From the IMG/VR virus record IMGVR_UViG_3300021478_000027: a stretch of 20,000 nucleotides of DNA; one strand, 5' to 3'. The stretch's first letter is position 1. Each line of letters opens with the position of its first letter. This DNA is from an uncultured virus (IMG/VR IMGVR_UViG_3300021478_000027). Its lineage: Duplodnaviria > Heunggongvirae > Uroviricota > Caudoviricetes. The notes below the pieces were generated by a model, which was not told the origin of the DNA, did no database searches, and saw nothing but the letters and a program-made list of their open reading frames with translations. The position numbers were made by a program, and so were the translations under genes. This document shows positions 16,555 through 20,000 of this stretch, piece by piece.

Positions 16555-16560
16555 ATGAAT

Positions 16561-17895
16561 TTATTTGGTGAGATTCGTTACCTGCCCGCTTGTCAACGCG
16601 ACCGTTGGCCAAAGAGAGACACGCTGGATCGTACCGTTCCACTGAAGAGTTCCATCACCGCGCGACCCGATATTGACAGCGGTCATTCCTGACGCTCCCG
16701 TCAAAGCAACCGCGCCCTTTACGATTGTGCTCTGCGCCAAAACAGGTGCGACATTGAGCGTCCCGTTGAAAGCAAAATTCCCGACCGTGCCGCCTGTTCC
16801 GGCCGGTGTGTTTCCCGCGTTACCGGTGGACGCGATGCGATACAAACCAGAAGTGTTTGTGTTAGTCCCGTCGCTTACCCAGTAAAGCGCCTGATTGCTG
16901 GCAAAGGTGGCGGGCGCTGCCGGCGTGCCACTCGCGAAGTCCGTATAGGCGCTACCGATAGAGGGCACCGTCGTCACCGCCACAACATCCGCCGCTCGCG
17001 TCACAGTCGCATTCGTCGTTTTAATCGGTGTCGTCGCAAAAGCGCCCAATTCAAGTTGCGGCCAGCCGATACGCAGCGTCACGTTGACGGGTTGGCCGGT
17101 GGTCGTGACGAACGCTAGCAGAAAGTTCACGGCGCCCGCCGTGGCGTCTGGAAGCGTATACGCCTCGAAACACCGTTGCGACGTTAACGACGCAACTGTA
17201 GGGACAGAGCAAGTGCCAGCGCCTTGGCTTAAAAAGCCCAAACCTGCTGTAAGCGATTGAATGACGGCCACAGTACTCGAAATATTTGTCAGATTACCGC
17301 CGACAAGTTTAATAAAAACCGATCCGGTCCAGACTTGATTTTGAGAAGCCGGCGATGCTGCCGCGTCGAACGACAAAACCCAGCTTCCGCTCGCATCGGG
17401 AGTTCCGACAACCTGAAGATCGATATAATTGATACCACTCTCGGTTCCGGTTCCGATAACGTTTGTCGTAAGAGAATCCGCGACAGCAATAGTCCAGTTT
17501 GTCGGCAGCGTCCCCGGTGTGCCAGCAACGGCCCCGACCATCGTGTTGTTGCGGGTCGAATTGGTCCGCGCTTCTTCGACTGTCAGACCGACATTGGTAA
17601 TTCGCGCGATATTGTTGGCGAACGAGGACCAATTACCGCTCGCATCGACGGCAGTACCGACCGACGCGCGTGTTACCGTCAAACAGGTCGCAGCGCTGAC
17701 GCAGGCGGGAGTGCCATTCTGATAGTATGACCCCGCAGAAAATATGTAATCCAGGCCAGGGCTGGTCGCGCCGCCCCGTGGATAAACCATAGCAACATCG
17801 GGGACGCCCGCCCCTAATCCCATGCTCTGCGCATAAGCTGCTGCTGGGGCTAGCAGCGCCAGCGCGATTACCAGCAGGCGGTCACGGCAGCGCAT
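16561..17895 (-). CDS. Head-spike fibre protein (RcGTA GhsB/Rcc01080-like) with a predicted signal peptide
   Basis: MGLGAG, LTVTRAS.GT, GLTVEEARTN and QLELGAFATTPI.T....VTRAAD motifs; N-terminus MRCRDRLLVIALALLAPAAAYA-Q. Confidence 0.75.
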   Translation of the reverse strand: MRCRDRLLVIALALLAPAAAYAQSMGLGAGVPDVAMVYPRGGATSPGLDYIFSAGSYYQNGTPACVSAATCLTVTRASVGTAVDASGNWSSFANNIARITNVGLTVEEARTNSTRNNTMVGAVAGTPGTLPTNWTIAVADSLTTNVIGTGTESGINYIDLQVVGTPDASGSWVLSFDAAASPASQNQVWTGSVFIKLVGGNLTNISSTVAVIQSLTAGLGFLSQGAGTCSVPTVASLTSQRCFEAYTLPDATAGAVNFLLAFVTTTGQPVNVTLRIGWPQLELGAFATTPIKTTNATVTRAADVVAVTTVPSIGSAYTDFASGTPAAPATFASNQALYWVSDGTNTNTSGLYRIASTGNAGNTPAGTGGTVGNFAFNGTLNVAPVLAQSTIVKGAVALTGASGMTAVNIGSRGDGTLQWNGTIQRVSLWPTVALTSGQVTNLTK

Positions 17896-18182
17896 GTCGT
17901 GTTCGTCGACATCAGTTTGGTTACAGCAAACGGCAAAATTTGCCCAGTCTGAACGTTAGCAATTGTCACGGCGGCTGTGTCCTGCGCACCGATGATCGCG
18001 ATGTTGCAAGCCGACGCATCACCAATCTGCAATCCCCGCGTTGGTGTAAACGTGGCGGTATCGCTCTTGGTCAGCGCGCGAAACTGACTGCACTGATTAA
18101 GTGTCAGGCTGCCTTGAGCCGGCGTTTGCGCCAATGCAGCGGTTGGCAGCAGCAATAGTGTGATCAGTGCGATCGTTCGCAT
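17868..18182 (-). CDS. Head-spike base protein (RcGTA GhsA/Rcc01079-like) with a predicted signal peptide
   Basis: ALTKSD....PTRGL.IG...V.TGQILP..V..LMSTNTT....W pattern; N-terminus MRTIALITLLLLPTAALA-Q; RBS AGGGGAG. Confidence 0.75.
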   Translation of the reverse strand: MRTIALITLLLLPTAALAQTPAQGSLTLNQCSQFRALTKSDTATFTPTRGLQIGDASACNIAIIGAQDTAAVTIANVQTGQILPFAVTKLMSTNTTCAAVTACW

Positions 18183-18193
18183 TGTCTCTCCCC

Positions 18194-19888
18194 TTAATGG
18201 CGTCCCCCACGCCCGTGCGTCAGAATCTCCGGGTGCTCCCGAATCATCTCGGCCTTCGCCTTCTCTCTCTCCTTCAGGCGTTCAAGTTTAATGTCCTTGT
18301 GCTCGAACGGCAGATCTTCGATCCCGTCTTCGGGCCCGAGGATGCCGGCCTTAATGCCGTAAGCGATCAGGTTCGTGTGGTCATCGTGGAAGATCGGCGA
18401 ACTGCTGTGGCTATCCACGCTAACCCGGCGATCGTCGGGCAACTGATCCAATGTGAAGACGCTGTTCTCGTCTTCGGGATGTGTCCACGTCGCAGTGGCG
18501 TCTTTGGCCTGAAAAAGAGTTAGCGTCGCATCGGCGGCAGCGGCGCATTGGCGCTCGACCAGCAACGAGCGATCCCGCAAGCGCGGGCTGGCGTTGCGTT
18601 GCAGCGTATCGGCATGAACGCCCGCCCGCACACCGGCTTCGCCTTGGCCGGAGAGAATATTCGAAAAACCCGAGGCCCGGTCCATCAAGTTCAAAATTTC
18701 TTGGATAATCGGCAGCATCTGCTCGGGCATATGCGGGGTCAGGTCTTTAATCGTACTGCCTTGCGCGACCGAAACGGTTCCGGGAACGCGTGTCATCTGC
18801 GCGTAGATTTCATCGGTAATCGCATCGACGCCTTCAAAGCCGAGAACCTTATCGATCTGGAGCGCCATCAGCCGCTTCGTGTCGTCCAGATGCTCCGTCA
18901 GCCAGTTTTGCAGCATCATCAGATCGACCAACTCCGAGCGCCCCCAGAAGTAATTGGCGACAAAGTTGGGTTGCACGAGCTGATAGGGGCCCGTGTCCTT
19001 GCAGAAAAGGTTGCAGTGCTTAAAGCGAGGAGCGATCAGGATATCCGGCTCAATAAGCTGGATCGTCGTGTAGTCCTCCCCGCCATCGCGCATGTCGTCG
19101 CGGACCCAGAGTTCGTGCATCGGAAAGAGTTCGACGGCGATCGTCGGCCCCAGCGTGGCCATGTTGGGATCATTGGACAACTGGACGATGCCGCCGGGTT
19201 GCGGCTGCGTCATGTTTTGCAGACTGGTATTCAGAACGGCGGTGGACAAAACCTGATGCATAAAGCTGGTGGGCTGACTGCTCGCATTGTCCTTGTTGGA
19301 TGACCCGAGGATACGTTTGTAAAGTTTTTCGGGTTCGGGGAGATTGCGGATACGGCGCCAGACCTGGTGCTTGTTCAGCCAGATCGTCTCGACAAAGGCT
19401 TCCTGGTCGTGCAAATCGTTGACCGATTCATCGAGCACGCCAAACTGATGCGGCAAGACGAGGCGCGCTCCGCGGTAATGAAACGCGCTGTCCGAGCCAA
19501 TGCCAGCAAGTTGCTTGATCAGACACGAGCCGTATTTCAGCGCCTCGGCGACAGCATGCCCGAATATCATGTCGATATTGTGCCGTTCCCATTCACGAGA
19601 GACATGGCGGGCGACAACCGAGCCTTGCTCCTGGATGTTCTTTGGGTAGCGGTTCTCGAAATCGAGAGCGAACCGGAGACCGGACGGGCTGAACAGGTGC
19701 GATGCCAATCGGTCGATGTGGCCGTAGAGCATGTTAGCCAGCGCCAATCCGCCAGCAGGGCGACCCGTCTCACACCATTGATAGTATTGCCGATAAGCAG
19801 CTTCGCGCTGACCGCGACTGACGCGGCACGCCTCAATGATTTCCGTCGAAAACGGGACGAGATCCTTGATGGTAGTCGGGATTCTCAT
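18194..19888 (-). CDS. Portal protein
   Basis: 564 aa; ANMLYGHIDRL..HLF.P, A..ALKYGS..IK, YFWGRSE, ASGFSNILSGQG..GVRAG pattern of podoviral portals; lies upstream of the head genes. Confidence 0.8.
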   Translation of the reverse strand: MRIPTTIKDLVPFSTEIIEACRVSRGQREAAYRQYYQWCETGRPAGGLALANMLYGHIDRLASHLFSPSGLRFALDFENRYPKNIQEQGSVVARHVSREWERHNIDMIFGHAVAEALKYGSCLIKQLAGIGSDSAFHYRGARLVLPHQFGVLDESVNDLHDQEAFVETIWLNKHQVWRRIRNLPEPEKLYKRILGSSNKDNASSQPTSFMHQVLSTAVLNTSLQNMTQPQPGGIVQLSNDPNMATLGPTIAVELFPMHELWVRDDMRDGGEDYTTIQLIEPDILIAPRFKHCNLFCKDTGPYQLVQPNFVANYFWGRSELVDLMMLQNWLTEHLDDTKRLMALQIDKVLGFEGVDAITDEIYAQMTRVPGTVSVAQGSTIKDLTPHMPEQMLPIIQEILNLMDRASGFSNILSGQGEAGVRAGVHADTLQRNASPRLRDRSLLVERQCAAAADATLTLFQAKDATATWTHPEDENSVFTLDQLPDDRRVSVDSHSSSPIFHDDHTNLIAYGIKAGILGPEDGIEDLPFEHKDIKLERLKEREKAKAEMIREHPEILTHGRGGRH

Positions 19889-19894
19889 CGGGCG

Positions 19895-19999
19895 TTAACG
19901 GTGAGGGCCAAGTCTCCCGGCGCCAACGACGGCTTGCACCTGCTGTTGGTGTTGCGAGGTAATGGCTTGGCGGGCACGCTCTCCTGCATAGGCCCCAAT
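19895..19999 (-). CDS. C-terminal end of an upstream gene (partial)
   Basis: Open frame ...IGAYAGERARQAITSQHQQQVQAVVGAGRLGPHR* ending 6 nt before the portal ATG. Confidence 0.35.
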   Translation of the reverse strand: MGAYAGERARQAITSQHQQQVQAVVGAGRLGPHR

Positions 20000-20000
20000 A

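Noticed and set aside
8620..16560. Site-specific invertible segment
   Set aside because: I found no inverted repeats at the two boundaries and no recombinase in the window.
16561..18182. Region as a gene transfer agent cluster
   Set aside because: Only the spike pair is GTA-like; the portal, MCP and adaptors look podoviral rather than like the RcGTA siphovirus-type cluster.

Overview
The whole window is the virion-morphogenesis region of a tailed dsDNA phage or prophage, probably a podovirus. The capsid and portal resemble the Bcep22/BcepIL02-like group as I recall it; this is unverified. The minus strand carries the portal (18194-19888), then a head-spike base/fibre pair resembling RcGTA GhsA/GhsB, both with apparent Sec signal peptides. 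A second minus-strand block holds a 13-aa Arg-rich peptide, a Pro-rich protein, two paralogous ~58-aa proteins around a scaffold-like gene, the major capsid protein (MCP), a minor virion protein, three tandem paralogous head-tail adaptor/ring genes and a truncated nozzle-like gene. An ~8-kb plus-strand operon separates these blocks: an AlpA/Xis-like HTH gene, GT2 and GT9 glycosyltransferases, a small fibre-associated protein, an I78-like inhibitor, a 1154-aa repeat-containing fibre, a small protein resembling the MCP N-terminus, and a SAM methyltransferase. Two antisense HNH-type endonuclease genes with their own promoters flank the MCP. Each is overlaid by a near-full-length open frame on the capsid-operon strand that ends at the RBS of the next structural gene, and codon choice suggests at least one of these frames is kept open by selection. 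All family assignments come from motif recognition by eye, not database searches.
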